Source: Alphaproteobacteria bacterium
Lineage (GTDB): Bacteria > Pseudomonadota > Alphaproteobacteria > RF32 > CAG-239
Reading direction: 5' to 3'
NCBI GenBank assembly: GCA_017475705.1
Contig: JAFVFB010000008.1
Coordinates: 17,483 to 81,482 of the forward strand
Length of the DNA: 64,000 nt
Below are positions 19,737-29,587 of this stretch, piece by piece. Each line of letters begins with the position of its first letter. Within the stretch, counting starts at the first letter, position 1. Made by a program: the position numbers and the translations under genes. The notes under the pieces are model-generated. The model made no database searches. It was given only the letters and a program-made list of their open reading frames with translations, and was not told the DNA's origin.

Positions 19737-20528
19737 ATGCGGGTCATTATTAAATCAGATTACGAGGAAGTAACAGATTGGGCAACAACTTATATTGCCT
19801 ATCGTATTAATAGAGCTCGTCCAACAGCCAATAAACCTTTTATACTCGGATTACCAATGGGAGACACCCCCAAGGGAATGTATAAAAAGTTAGTGGAGTT
19901 AAACCATAAGGGAAAACTTTCTTTTGCAAATGTAGTTATCTTTTGTATGAATGAATTTATAGGCCTTGATAAAAAAGCCCCGCAGAGCTGTCATAGCTAC
20001 ATGAATGAATATCTTTTAAAACATGTCGATACAAAAGCAGCTAACATCTATATTCTTGATGGAAAAACTAAAAATTATGAAAAAGAATGCTCTAATTTTG
20101 AATTAGCTATTCGACAAAAGGGAGGTATAGATTTATTTGTTGGTGGTGTGGGAGCTGACGGACACATAGCATTTAATGAACCTTTTTCTTCTCTTTCATC
20201 TCACACCCGCGTTAAAACATTAACCACAGAAACAATGAAGGCTAAGGCAAAATTATTTGATAATGACATAAACAAGGTTCCGCACACAGTGTTAACGGTA
20301 GGGACAGGAACAATTATGGAAGCTAAAGAAGTATTGCTTTTAGCAACAGGAGAAACCAAAGCAGAAGCAACAAAAGCGGCGATTGAAGGTAGCATAAACC
20401 ATCGCTGGGCAGTAAGTGCTTTACAAACACATCGTCATGGAATTTATTTATGCGATGAAGCAGCCGCCTCTAAATTGGAGCAAGAAACCATAACCTACTT
20501 AAAAGATATCGAGCGTAACGCGTATTAG
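19737..20528 (+). CDS. glucosamine-6-phosphate deaminase family protein, divergent paralogue
   Basis: 263 aa, NagB fold ([18 protein letters not shown]). Conserved blocks are altered: LPMGDTP versus LPTG(G/S)TP, and FCMNEFIG versus FNMDEYVG. Confidence 0.75.
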   Translation: MRVIIKSDYEEVTDWATTYIAYRINRARPTANKPFILGLPMGDTPKGMYKKLVELNHKGKLSFANVVIFCMNEFIGLDKKAPQSCHSYMNEYLLKHVDTKAANIYILDGKTKNYEKECSNFELAIRQKGGIDLFVGGVGADGHIAFNEPFSSLSSHTRVKTLTTETMKAKAKLFDNDINKVPHTVLTVGTGTIMEAKEVLLLATGETKAEATKAAIEGSINHRWAVSALQTHRHGIYLCDEAAASKLEQETITYLKDIERNAY

Positions 20529-21781
20529 CTTTGATATATAGGAAAGGCCGCTGTTAGAGCTAAGATTTTCATTTTAACGGCAGCTAAAACCTTTTCTTCC
20601 TCAGGTGTATTAAGAGCTTCTGCAACATCAGCAATAGCCTGCCCAATTAATTCAAATTCTTTAACACCAAAGCCACGGGTCGTACCAGCAGGTGTGCCTA
20701 AGCGAATGCCAGAGGTGATAGTGGGGGGCAGAGGGTCAAAAGGAATAGTATTCTTATTAGCCGTCATATGTACTATATCTAAAGCATCGGTGAGTTCTTT
20801 GCCATTAATACCTTTTGAAGTGAGATCTACCAGAAGCAGATGAGTATCTGTTCCGCCTGTGACCAACTTAAATCCTCGTTTGACCAGAGTCTGTCCGAGG
20901 ACCTGTGCATTTTCCAAAACTTGCATAGAATACCGCTTAAAATCATCACTGAGAGCTTCCTTAAAGCAAACAGCTTTGGCCGCAATTACATGCTCCAAAG
21001 GACCACCTTGCATGCCAGGAAAAACTGCCGAATTAATTTTTTTAGCAATGCCTTCATGATTAGTGAGAATGGCACCCCCACGAGGACCTCGTAAAGTCTT
21101 ATGTGTCGTTGTGGTAACAACATCTGCAAAATCAAGAGGGTTAGGATATAAACCACTGGCGACAAGACCAGCAAAATGGGCCATATCTACCATCAATAGA
21201 GCTCCGCACTCATCAGCAATTTTACGAAATTTAACAAAATCCAGCTGTCGCGGATAGGCAGAACAGCCAGCGATAATCAGTTTGGGATGATGTTGTTGTG
21301 CAAGACTTTGAATCTCAGAATAGTCTATTAAACCGGATTCTTTAATAACTCCATACTGAACAGAGTGAAACCACTTACCGGAAAAAGAAACTTTCGCGCC
21401 ATGTGTAAGATGACCGCCAGCATCTAAGCTCATACCCAAAATTGTATCTCCCGGTTCCAAGAGCGCACCAAAAACAGCCATATTAGCTTGAGACCCAGAA
21501 TGGGGTTGGACATTGGCAAATTGGGCATGGAATAATTTTTTGAGCCGTTCGATAGCAATTTTTTCTATCTTATCAATATTTTCACAACCACAATAATAAC
21601 GTTTTGCAGGATACCCTTCTGCATATTTGTTAGTTAGAATGGAACCTTGAGCTGCGAGTACAGCCGGTGAAACAATATTTTCTGATGCGATAAGTTCAAT
21701 ATTTTGTTGTTGACGCTTAAGCTCTGCTTGAATGGCAGAGTAAATTTCTGTATCAAAATTTTCTAATGGTTCTAAGTTCAT
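20525..21781 (-). CDS. glyA: serine hydroxymethyltransferase
   Basis: 418 aa. PLP site [26 protein letters not shown]. Confidence 0.97.
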   Translation of the reverse strand: MNLEPLENFDTEIYSAIQAELKRQQQNIELIASENIVSPAVLAAQGSILTNKYAEGYPAKRYYCGCENIDKIEKIAIERLKKLFHAQFANVQPHSGSQANMAVFGALLEPGDTILGMSLDAGGHLTHGAKVSFSGKWFHSVQYGVIKESGLIDYSEIQSLAQQHHPKLIIAGCSAYPRQLDFVKFRKIADECGALLMVDMAHFAGLVASGLYPNPLDFADVVTTTTHKTLRGPRGGAILTNHEGIAKKINSAVFPGMQGGPLEHVIAAKAVCFKEALSDDFKRYSMQVLENAQVLGQTLVKRGFKLVTGGTDTHLLLVDLTSKGINGKELTDALDIVHMTANKNTIPFDPLPPTITSGIRLGTPAGTTRGFGVKEFELIGQAIADVAEALNTPEEEKVLAAVKMKILALTAAFPIYQS

Positions 21782-21790
21782 AGCACACTC

Positions 21791-22219
21791 CTACTGGTCA
21801 AGTAAATCGATTCTTTTTTGATGGCGTCCACCTTCAAAAGAGGTATTGAGGAATAGTTCAATTCGATGAACAATGTCACTAATTGCCATAGTTCGGCCGC
21901 CAAAAACAAGAATATTTGCATTATTGTGTTGCTTGGACATGACCGCAACATCATCACAATAAAGTAGTGCTGCACGGATGCCTTTATGGCGATTGGCTCT
22001 GATAGAAATACCGATTCCTGTGCCACAGATAAGGATGCCTAAATCAGCTTTTTGTGCTAAAATATAGGCAGAAACTTTATCTGCAAAAACAGGATAATCA
22101 ACAGATTTTTCACCATCTGTGCCCAAATCAAAAACATTGAAATCTTTTTGTTTTAAATAATTAATAATTGCTGTTTTAATTTCAAAACCGGCATGATCTG
22201 ATGCTATGGCAATATTCAT
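21791..22219 (-). CDS. rpiB: ribose-5-phosphate isomerase B
   Basis: MNIAIASDHAGFEIK..CGTGIGISI. Start moved to ATG 22219 (SD gggaggtgg) from the track's 22255. Confidence 0.9.
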   Translation of the reverse strand: MNIAIASDHAGFEIKTAIINYLKQKDFNVFDLGTDGEKSVDYPVFADKVSAYILAQKADLGILICGTGIGISIRANRHKGIRAALLYCDDVAVMSKQHNNANILVFGGRTMAISDIVHRIELFLNTSFEGGRHQKRIDLLDQ

Positions 22220-22332
22220 TTCCACCTCCCTAAAGTTATGGGAAATTAATAACAAAAACTCTCAGAGAAAGGTACGAAAAAGAAGAGATATACACAACAT
22301 AAAAAAAAATTGAATATTTTAAAAAAAAGATA

Positions 22333-22360
22333 TTGACGTTCAGATTTTTTTATGTATATA
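22333..22360 (+). promoter_or_regulatory. promoter candidate for the tRNA-Cys/tRNA-Asn unit (TTGACG-16-TATATA)
   Basis: TTGACG at 22333-22338 and TATATA at 22355-22360, about 35 nt before tRNA-Cys. Confidence 0.45.
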
Positions 22361-22394
22361 TACAAATCACCGCGGTAACGTTGGTGCCAAGATT

Positions 22395-22469
22395 GGCCGG
22401 TTGGCAGAGTGGCTCATGCAGAGGACTGCAAATCCTTGTACATCGGTTCAATTCCGGTACCGGCCTCCA
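22395..22469 (+). tRNA. tRNA-Cys (GCA)
   Basis: GGCCGGT..ACCGGCC acceptor stem, anticodon loop CU-GCA-AA, T-loop GGTTCAATTCC, encoded CCA. Confidence 0.9.
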
Positions 22470-22480
22470 TTAAGGTTTAT

Positions 22481-22555
22481 TCCGGCTTAGCTCAGCGGTA
22501 GAGCAATCGGCTGTTAACCGATTGGTCATCTGTTCGAATCAGATAGCCGGAGCCA
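22481..22555 (+). tRNA. tRNA-Asn (GUU)
   Basis: TCCGGCT..AGCCGGA acceptor stem, D-arm TAGCTCAGCGGTAGAGC, anticodon loop CU-GTT-AA, T-loop TGTTCGAATCA, encoded CCA. Confidence 0.9.
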
Positions 22556-22558
22556 TAA

Positions 22559-22591
22559 GAAACACCACCCTAAAATGGGTGGTGTTTTTTT
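22559..22591 (+). terminator. intrinsic terminator after the tRNA pair
   Basis: Hairpin aacaccaccc/gggtggtgtt followed by TTTTTTT. Confidence 0.85.
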
Positions 22592-22698
22592 GTAGATTAA
22601 CAAGTGTGGAGAAAACATAGAATACCATCAACACAGTACACAAGGGCGTGGGGATGTTATTAAATATTACTACTTAAAACGAAACCTAAACCTAAACA

Positions 22699-22722
22699 TA
22701 AAAAGCGCCCAAGAGGACGCTT
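22699..22722 (-). terminator. candidate intrinsic terminator of the rpmI-rplT-pheST operon
   Basis: On the minus strand: aagcgtcc-tctt-gggcgctt followed by ttta. About 110 nt downstream of the pheT stop. Confidence 0.45.
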
Positions 22723-22834
22723 AATGTATAGGGGTTTGAAAAGATGCCCTGCTGGAAACGAATTTGTAACTATCGTGTATAAAATAAATACATGAAGGAA
22801 CAAATTTGCAATTATGAGGGTATTTTAGTACCAC

Positions 22835-25222
22835 TTAACGTAAGGAAGCACCGGTTTTTTTACCAACTTCAGATATAACCTTATTCATCAACGCCTCCAA
22901 CTCGGCATCGGTATAAGATTTATCTTTCGGTTGGAACGTAACCGTAATCGCGATAGATTTTTTATCTTCCGGTAAGTTATCACCTTCATAAACATCAAAG
23001 ATACGAACATCACTGATGTTATCCCGATCAGCTGTTTTGGCCGCTGTATAAATGTTAATAGATGGAACATTTTTGGCGACCACAAAAGCTAAGTCTTTTT
23101 CAACCGCCTGCAAAGAAGATAATTCCAATTTCTTCTTTGCCTTGGATTTAGTATCACGTGGTAGAGGGATATTTTCCACAAAGACTTCGAAAGCAACGAT
23201 ATTGGTTTTAATGTCAAGTGCTTTAAGAATAAGCGGATGTAACTCGCCAAAGTAGGCTAAGATGTTTTTTCCTAAGCGTAAAGTCCCGCTACGACCTGGA
23301 TGATAGTAATTGGGGGCATCGGTTGTAATTTGCAAAGAATCAATTGGCCCTTTAGCAGCAGCAATTGCCGCTAAAGCATCAGCTTTGGCATCAAATACAT
23401 CATAAGAGCGTTGAGTAGCAGTCCAATCCTTAAAAGAAGTTTTGCCAACACGAATTCCACCAGCCACAGTTCTTTGTTGACCAGGAATACGACCATAAAA
23501 TTCTGGTGCGACTTCAAACAATGCTAAATTCGGATAACCGCGTGCAATATTGTTTTTTGCTCCAATTAAAAGATTACACAATATGGATGGACGCATTTCA
23601 TCAAGCTCTGTAATAATCGGATTATGAATTATAACAGGCTCATTGCCCCTGTGGAAATATTGAGCAACCTGACTATCTGTAAAACTAAAGGTAACAGTTT
23701 CAAACATACCGCGCAAGGCCAGCTCATGTCTCACCAAAACAACATTATTTTGCAGTGGCGTTAAAACCGGCTGAGGAAACGCCGCAACTTTCATCGAAGT
23801 GGCAGGAATGTTATCTAAACCAACCATCCGAACAATTTCTTCAATTAAATCTTGCTCATGCTCAATGTCATGACGCCAAGAAGGTGAAATGGCCTCTATC
23901 ACTCCATTTTCAACACGAACCGTAAAACCAAGATGTTGTAAAGTTTCAACGCACATATCTAGGCTGATATTGTCTATGCCGATGAAGGTTTTGAGACGTT
24001 CAGGACGCAAATAAACCGGTTTGGTATCATATTTTTCTTGACCGACAATCTCTATTTCGGAAGCTTCCCCGCCACATATATCTAATATCATTTGGGTTGC
24101 ATAATCATTACCGCTAATAGTTGACATAGGATCAACCCAACGCTCATAACGAGCACGCGAGTCAGAATCAAGTTGTAATTTACGGCCAGTGCGAGCAATA
24201 CATGTTGGGGTAAAGAGTGCACATTCCAACAAAACATTAGTTGTATTCTCATAGCTGCCCTTATTTAGCCCCCCCATAATGCCTCCTAGGCATTGTACAC
24301 CATCATCATCGCAGATGCCAAGAGACTGCGTATCAAGAGTATAAGTCTTTTCATTTAATGCTGTAAATTCCTCATGCTCATGAGCCATTCGCACACAGAT
24401 GTCACCAGTCAATTTATCAGCATCAAAGACATGTAAAGGACGTGAAAGGTCATAATTTATGTAATTGGTAATATCCACCAAGGGGGAAATAGGGTGTAAC
24501 CCTATAGCCACCAGCCGATCTTTCATCCATTTAGGAGTTTGAGCTTGATTATTAACGCCTTTGATATAACGCGCTGTATAAATTGGGCATACATCTGGGC
24601 AACTAACGGACACATGAATTGGACTTTTGAAATTACCCGGAATATGACGAATAGTTAGTGGCTTTAATGTCCCTAAGCCAGCAGCCGCTAAATCACGAGC
24701 GATACCACGCACACCGAGACATTCAGCACGGTTAGGGGTAATTGAAACCTCAATCACCGGATCAATATTCAATATTTCTGCTGCGGGAATGCCTATTTCT
24801 GTATCTGCCGGTAACTCTATAATGCCATTATGATCATCTCCCACCATCAGTTCTTTTTCTGAGCACATCATTCCCATGCTTTCTACGCCGCGGATTTTGG
24901 CAATTTTCAATCTTTCACCATAACAAGGTATAAGTGCACCAGTAGGAGCATATATACCAATGAGGCCTTCATGAACATTAGGCGCTCCGCAAACAACTTG
25001 TAAAACTTCTTTACCGGTGTTGACGGCTAATACATGCAGGTGATCTGAGTCCGGATGCATCTCAACCTTATCAATCCGAGCAGTATGAAAATCAGTAAGA
25101 GCAGCCGCTGGATTGATAACTTCTTCTACTTCCAAGCCGATACGTGTCAAGGTTTCAGTAATCGTATCAATATTTGCAGTAGTGTCTAAATGCTCTTTTA
25201 ACCAAGATAACGTAAATTTCAT
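22835..25222 (-). CDS. pheT: phenylalanine--tRNA ligase beta subunit
   Basis: 795 aa with an N-terminal tRNA-binding (OB) domain, B3/4 and B5 domains, and a C-terminal FDX-ACB. The start overlaps the pheS stop. Confidence 0.95.
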   Translation of the reverse strand: MKFTLSWLKEHLDTTANIDTITETLTRIGLEVEEVINPAAALTDFHTARIDKVEMHPDSDHLHVLAVNTGKEVLQVVCGAPNVHEGLIGIYAPTGALIPCYGERLKIAKIRGVESMGMMCSEKELMVGDDHNGIIELPADTEIGIPAAEILNIDPVIEVSITPNRAECLGVRGIARDLAAAGLGTLKPLTIRHIPGNFKSPIHVSVSCPDVCPIYTARYIKGVNNQAQTPKWMKDRLVAIGLHPISPLVDITNYINYDLSRPLHVFDADKLTGDICVRMAHEHEEFTALNEKTYTLDTQSLGICDDDGVQCLGGIMGGLNKGSYENTTNVLLECALFTPTCIARTGRKLQLDSDSRARYERWVDPMSTISGNDYATQMILDICGGEASEIEIVGQEKYDTKPVYLRPERLKTFIGIDNISLDMCVETLQHLGFTVRVENGVIEAISPSWRHDIEHEQDLIEEIVRMVGLDNIPATSMKVAAFPQPVLTPLQNNVVLVRHELALRGMFETVTFSFTDSQVAQYFHRGNEPVIIHNPIITELDEMRPSILCNLLIGAKNNIARGYPNLALFEVAPEFYGRIPGQQRTVAGGIRVGKTSFKDWTATQRSYDVFDAKADALAAIAAAKGPIDSLQITTDAPNYYHPGRSGTLRLGKNILAYFGELHPLILKALDIKTNIVAFEVFVENIPLPRDTKSKAKKKLELSSLQAVEKDLAFVVAKNVPSINIYTAAKTADRDNISDVRIFDVYEGDNLPEDKKSIAITVTFQPKDKSYTDAELEALMNKVISEVGKKTGASLR

Positions 25223-26328
25223 CGTGCTAACCCTCCATTATTGCTCAAACCACTTGTCATTGAAGAAAAATCAAGCGGTGTAAAACCATAGTTCTTAATC
25301 CAACGGATATCAGATTCAAAGAAGGTTCGTAAATCAGGAATGCCATATTTAAGCATAGCCAAACGGTCAATTCCCATACCAAAAGCAAAGCCCTGATATT
25401 CATTAGGATCAATGCCACCAGCTTTTAAAACATTAGGATGGACCATACCACAGCCTAAAACTTCAAGCCAATCTGTCCCGGCACCAATTTTGAGCTCATC
25501 TTTGGTTTTTAAACAACCAATATCCATTTCCGCAGATGGTTCCGTAAAAGGAAAGTAAGATGGACGATAACGAACAGGTAACGTATCAACTTCAAAAAAT
25601 GATTTTAGAAAATCGTATAAGCACCCTCTTAAATCAGCCATGGTAGTCTTTTTATCAATAACCAAACCTTCGACTTGGTGAAACATAGGTGTATGCGTCG
25701 CATCGTAGTCAGAACGATAGGTGCGTCCGGGAGCAATAATGCGTATTGGCGGATGTTTCTTTTCCATTGTACGGATTTGCACTCCAGAAGTATGGGTGCG
25801 GACGACATAAGCACAATCCATATCAAAGTCATGGCTGGTATCATCATTGATATAAAAAGTATCTTGCATCTGTCGTGCCGGATGGTTAGGCGGCATATTA
25901 AGAGCATTAAAATTATGAAATTGATCTTCTATATCCGGACCTTCTGCTATTTCAAACCCCATCTCTGCAAAAATGGCAACAATTTCTTCATAAACTTTTG
26001 AAACAGGATGAATACGACCTTGAGTTTCTGGACGACAAGGCAAGGTTACATCAATAACTTCTTTCTTTAGTCGTTCATTTAGCATCTTAACTTCAAGTTC
26101 TTGTTTTTTTGCAACAATGGAAGCTTCAATTTCAGCCTTAATAGCATTAATCTTTTTACCAAATTCAATGCGTTCCTCCAAGGGCATAGTACCAAGTGTT
26201 TTTAATAACTCGGTAATTTGACCTTTTTTACCTAACGCAGCAACACGAATATCATCCAGAACTTTTGTATCTTGGACATCAGCAATATGCTGTTCTATTT
26301 CGTTTTTTATAACCTCAATTTCACTCAT
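25219..26328 (-). CDS. pheS: phenylalanine--tRNA ligase alpha subunit
   Basis: 369 aa. Class II motifs ..RTHTSGVQIR.., FPFTEPSAEMD, GFAFGMGIDRLAML. Confidence 0.95.
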   Translation of the reverse strand: MSEIEVIKNEIEQHIADVQDTKVLDDIRVAALGKKGQITELLKTLGTMPLEERIEFGKKINAIKAEIEASIVAKKQELEVKMLNERLKKEVIDVTLPCRPETQGRIHPVSKVYEEIVAIFAEMGFEIAEGPDIEDQFHNFNALNMPPNHPARQMQDTFYINDDTSHDFDMDCAYVVRTHTSGVQIRTMEKKHPPIRIIAPGRTYRSDYDATHTPMFHQVEGLVIDKKTTMADLRGCLYDFLKSFFEVDTLPVRYRPSYFPFTEPSAEMDIGCLKTKDELKIGAGTDWLEVLGCGMVHPNVLKAGGIDPNEYQGFAFGMGIDRLAMLKYGIPDLRTFFESDIRWIKNYGFTPLDFSSMTSGLSNNGGLAR

Positions 26329-26461
26329 TTTAACACCTTAATTATGGAGCACGCTCCGTTTAAAATTTATACCATCTGCCAAACATATTTTTTAAACACA
26401 AAAGAGCCATCTTGGCTACCCAAGACGACTCTATATACTCTGATATAATTTATACTAAAAC

Positions 26462-26821
26462 CTATTTAGCTAGAGCCGCTTTGGCAGTTTCTACTAACTT
26501 AGCAAAAGCTTGGGGCTCTTTAAAAGCAATATCAGCTAAAACCTTACGATCAAGCTCGACACCTGCTTTGGCGAGCCCGCTGATAAATCGAGAATAAGTC
26601 ATATCATTTAAACGTGTTGCAGCATTAATACGCTGAATCCATAAAGAGCGGAAGTTTCTTTTCTTGGCTTTACGATCACGATAAGCATACTGCAAACCTT
26701 TTTCCACTTTTTCGATAGCTACTCTGAAAACGTTTTTATTACGCCCTCTATAGCCTTTCGCCATATCCAAAATCTTTTTATGGCGTGCATGTGCTGTTAC
26801 ACCTCTTTTAACACGAGACAT
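26462..26821 (-). CDS. rplT: 50S ribosomal protein L20
   Basis: [38 protein letters not shown]. Confidence 0.97.
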   Translation of the reverse strand: MSRVKRGVTAHARHKKILDMAKGYRGRNKNVFRVAIEKVEKGLQYAYRDRKAKKRNFRSLWIQRINAATRLNDMTYSRFISGLAKAGVELDRKVLADIAFKEPQAFAKLVETAKAALAK

Positions 26822-26836
26822 CTATTTATCCTCCTA

Positions 26837-27034
26837 CTACAAATAAGGTAAAAACTTTTTAACAATCTGAACATCAACTTCTGAAAGCAAAGTTGTGCCA
26901 CGAGCTTGTCTTTTCATTTTCTGGCTTTTGCAGAAGAGGCAATGTCTCTTGAAAGCAAAATTTCTTTTTAATTTTCCGGTTCCAGTAACGCTAAAGCGTT
27001 TCTTAGCCGAACTCTTAGTTTTTAATTTAGGCAT
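26837..27034 (-). CDS. rpmI: 50S ribosomal protein L35
   Basis: MPKLKTKSSAKKRF..TGTGKLKR. Start at ATG 27034 (SD aaaggga) rather than the track's 27049. Confidence 0.93.
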   Translation of the reverse strand: MPKLKTKSSAKKRFSVTGTGKLKRNFAFKRHCLFCKSQKMKRQARGTTLLSEVDVQIVKKFLPYL

Positions 27035-27213
27035 TTCAATCCCTTTCAATAAAATTAATTGGATTCACTCTAACAAATAAGGCATGCCATTTAGCCCTAA
27101 TTATTATTCTCGATCATCTATACATAAAAAAAACTAAAATGTAAAGAGTTTTTTATATTTAAATTAATCATCAAGTTACACCATTTAAAAAAGTATCGCA
27201 AATCTTACATATA

Positions 27214-27882
27214 TCAAGCTATAAGCGTTAGTACAATTCCGATAATAAGTGGTACGGAAAAATTATCATCTAACTCAAACCATTGCTCAAAAAGTTCCAT
27301 AAAAGCAGCCGCAAAACAAGCAATAACGCTAGCATAATTAAAGGTGCGCAGAGGATTAAACAACATCATGATAATAAGCGAACTGATAAAAAAAGCTACA
27401 GAGCCTTCCAAAGTCTTATTCTTATAAATCTTACGCTGACCAACAGCTTTGCCAACCAAGGCTGCTAAAGTATCAGAAATCAACATAACTGTAATGGATA
27501 TTGCAGCAATAGTGGGCGTAAATAATAGAGCACAAATTAAAGAGGAGGCAAGTACATAGACACCGCCGGTAATTGTGAAATGCTGATGTTGTCGCTCGTT
27601 GCTACGCATAACTAATAGAAAGGGTAGCTTAAACAGCAAACGCGCCCATTTCCATTTTTTATAATTGCCATATTCAAGCAAAAGCTCACCAATCATCAAT
27701 AATAAGAAAATGGCCGAAGCAATCATTGTGCCACCGTAATAGATAAGTGCTGGGATCCATAACGAACTCAAATGAATACCCTTACGATAAACTTCATGAC
27801 GATAATCTTTAGGAACGCGTGCCTCAAGCTCTTTGCTGTATTCTTTAAGCTTATCAATTGATATCTTTCTTCTCAAAGCCAC
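27214..27882 (-). CDS. CdsA/dolichol-kinase-like polyprenol or diacylglycerol kinase family membrane protein
   Basis: 222 aa, about 6 TM helices. RKGIHL.. and ISDTLAALVGKAVGQRKI..KTLEGSVAFF resemble the CTP-transferase/DolK-family signature. Confidence 0.55.
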   Translation of the reverse strand: MALRRKISIDKLKEYSKELEARVPKDYRHEVYRKGIHLSSLWIPALIYYGGTMIASAIFLLLMIGELLLEYGNYKKWKWARLLFKLPFLLVMRSNERQHQHFTITGGVYVLASSLICALLFTPTIAAISITVMLISDTLAALVGKAVGQRKIYKNKTLEGSVAFFISSLIIMMLFNPLRTFNYASVIACFAAAFMELFEQWFELDDNFSVPLIIGIVLTLIA

Positions 27883-28077
27883 TTCTCCTTAATCTTAAAA
27901 ACAATTCAATATTTATACAATAAAAATGAGGAAAACATATTTATTTAAAGATTATCAACAGAAGAAATGAAAAGAACAGTAAAAGGTGAAAATATCTTTT
28001 CAAAAATTGATAATTTTAATTGACTATAAAGTAACCAAAAAATATAACAAACAACAAATAATAAAGGAAGGATAGCA

Positions 28078-29523
28078 ATGAAAATCTTATCGCTGGTAAT
28101 TGTTTTTTTAGGGTATATGCTGGTTTCAACCGCTAATTGGGTTTTGCATAAATTTGGTAATGTTACATACGAACAAGTTATGTTTCATTTAAATGTTCCG
28201 CTAGATGCAGAAACGAAGCTGATACATAGCTATCTGCAAAATACGGTGATGATGGCATCAATTATCACAATAGCACTATATATCATCATGCTTAAAACCT
28301 CACCTCGTAAATGTCTGATGTTTTCTATACTCTTTCTAATTGTGTAGCTAACCATCAGTTGGAATAGGTTAGAAGTTGGAAAAATCATTGCAGAGTATCA
28401 AAATCAAAAAATAATGGGAAATTTTTATGAACAGCATTATGTCGATCCGCATCAGGTAAAAATAACAGCGCCAAACACAAAACGTAACTTAATTATGATA
28501 TTTGCAGAAAGTATGGAAAGTACCTATGCTAATGAAAAGTACTTTGGGCACAATCTCATCCCCGAATTAAGTCAAATTGCTGTGGAAAATACGCACTTCA
28601 GCCACAATGCACAATTGGGCGGTTTTCAAAATATAAAAGGTGCAAAATATACACAAGCCTCAATGGTCTCTCAGCTTTGTGCAATCCCGCTGCGGCTACC
28701 GGTAAAAGCCGCAAGATATCGCCCTGTAAATGGTTTTTTGCCCGGAGCTTTATGCCTGTCTGATATATTAGCGAAGGATGGATATAACCAAAGTTTTATG
28801 ATTGGAATGACAAGACTATTTTCTGGAACTGATAAATATCTTGAAACGCATGGAAACCCTAAAATATTGGATTGGGACTTTTATTCAGAACGCGATCATC
28901 TACCTAAGAATACGGATCATAAACGAAAAAGAGTTGTCCGTGATATTAACTTATTTAAATATGCCAAAGAAGAAATTTCACTTTTATCAGCAGAGGAAAA
29001 GCCATTTGCCTTTACAATTATGACTCTGGATACCCATTTTGGCAATGAACACTTTGAAAATAAAGTATGCCGTGCAATTTATCATGATGATAATATCGCA
29101 GATGAAGAAAACTTTAAAAATGTTGTATCATGCTCGAGTATGCAAATTGCAAACTTTGTCGAATGGATAAAACAACAGCCTTTTTATAATCAGACTGAAA
29201 TAGTGATTGTTGGTGACCATTTAACCATGAGCCATACAATCTTTAACGATAAAATGGATAGAACCGTCTATGATGTTTATATGAACCCAGCAATTAAAGA
29301 TAAAACTTTCACGCAAAATCGGTTATTTACGGCATTAGATACATTGCCAACTTTGCTGGAAGGGCTGGGTTATAAAATTGCAGGACATAAGCTAGGATTA
29401 GGGGTTTCTTTGTTTTCCGGTGAAAAGACATTATTAGAGCAGGGAATAACGGTCGATAAGTTAAATGAGGAGCTTGATAAACAATCAGCAGTTTATAACA
29501 AACTACTTTATGGCGAAAATTAA
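28078..29523 (+). pseudogene. LtaS/OpgB (phosphoglycerol-transferase, sulfatase-superfamily) gene interrupted by one in-frame TAG at 28345-28347
   Basis: ORFs 28078..28347 (TM anchor, FGNVTYEQVMFHL) and 28414..29523 (NLIMIFAESMESTY, YTQASM, TLDTHF, VIVGDH) are in the same frame. The 22 codons between the TAG and ATG 28414 contain no further stop. Confidence 0.65.
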
Positions 29524-29587
29524 ATTGACAGAAGGATAAAAATAGAGTACGATAAAGCATATATCTTCAGGAAAAGAGGAGAGATGT

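Noticed and set aside
21791-22255. N-terminal extensions in track ORFs (rpiB 22255, aspS 33104, tadA 60911, peptidase-E-like 46697, lipoprotein 34795, transglutaminase-like 14133, thioesterase 48408, rpmI 27049, hydE 53710, ORF 810)
   Set aside because: In each case an internal ATG is preceded by a good SD and restores the canonical family N-terminus or signal peptide. The extension residues are unconserved junk, and for the peptidase gene they run across repeat B.
22683-22697. Micro-repeat aaacctaaacctaaac
   Set aside because: It is only about 2.5 copies of a 6-7-mer in an intergenic A-rich stretch, with no further structure or conservation evidence.
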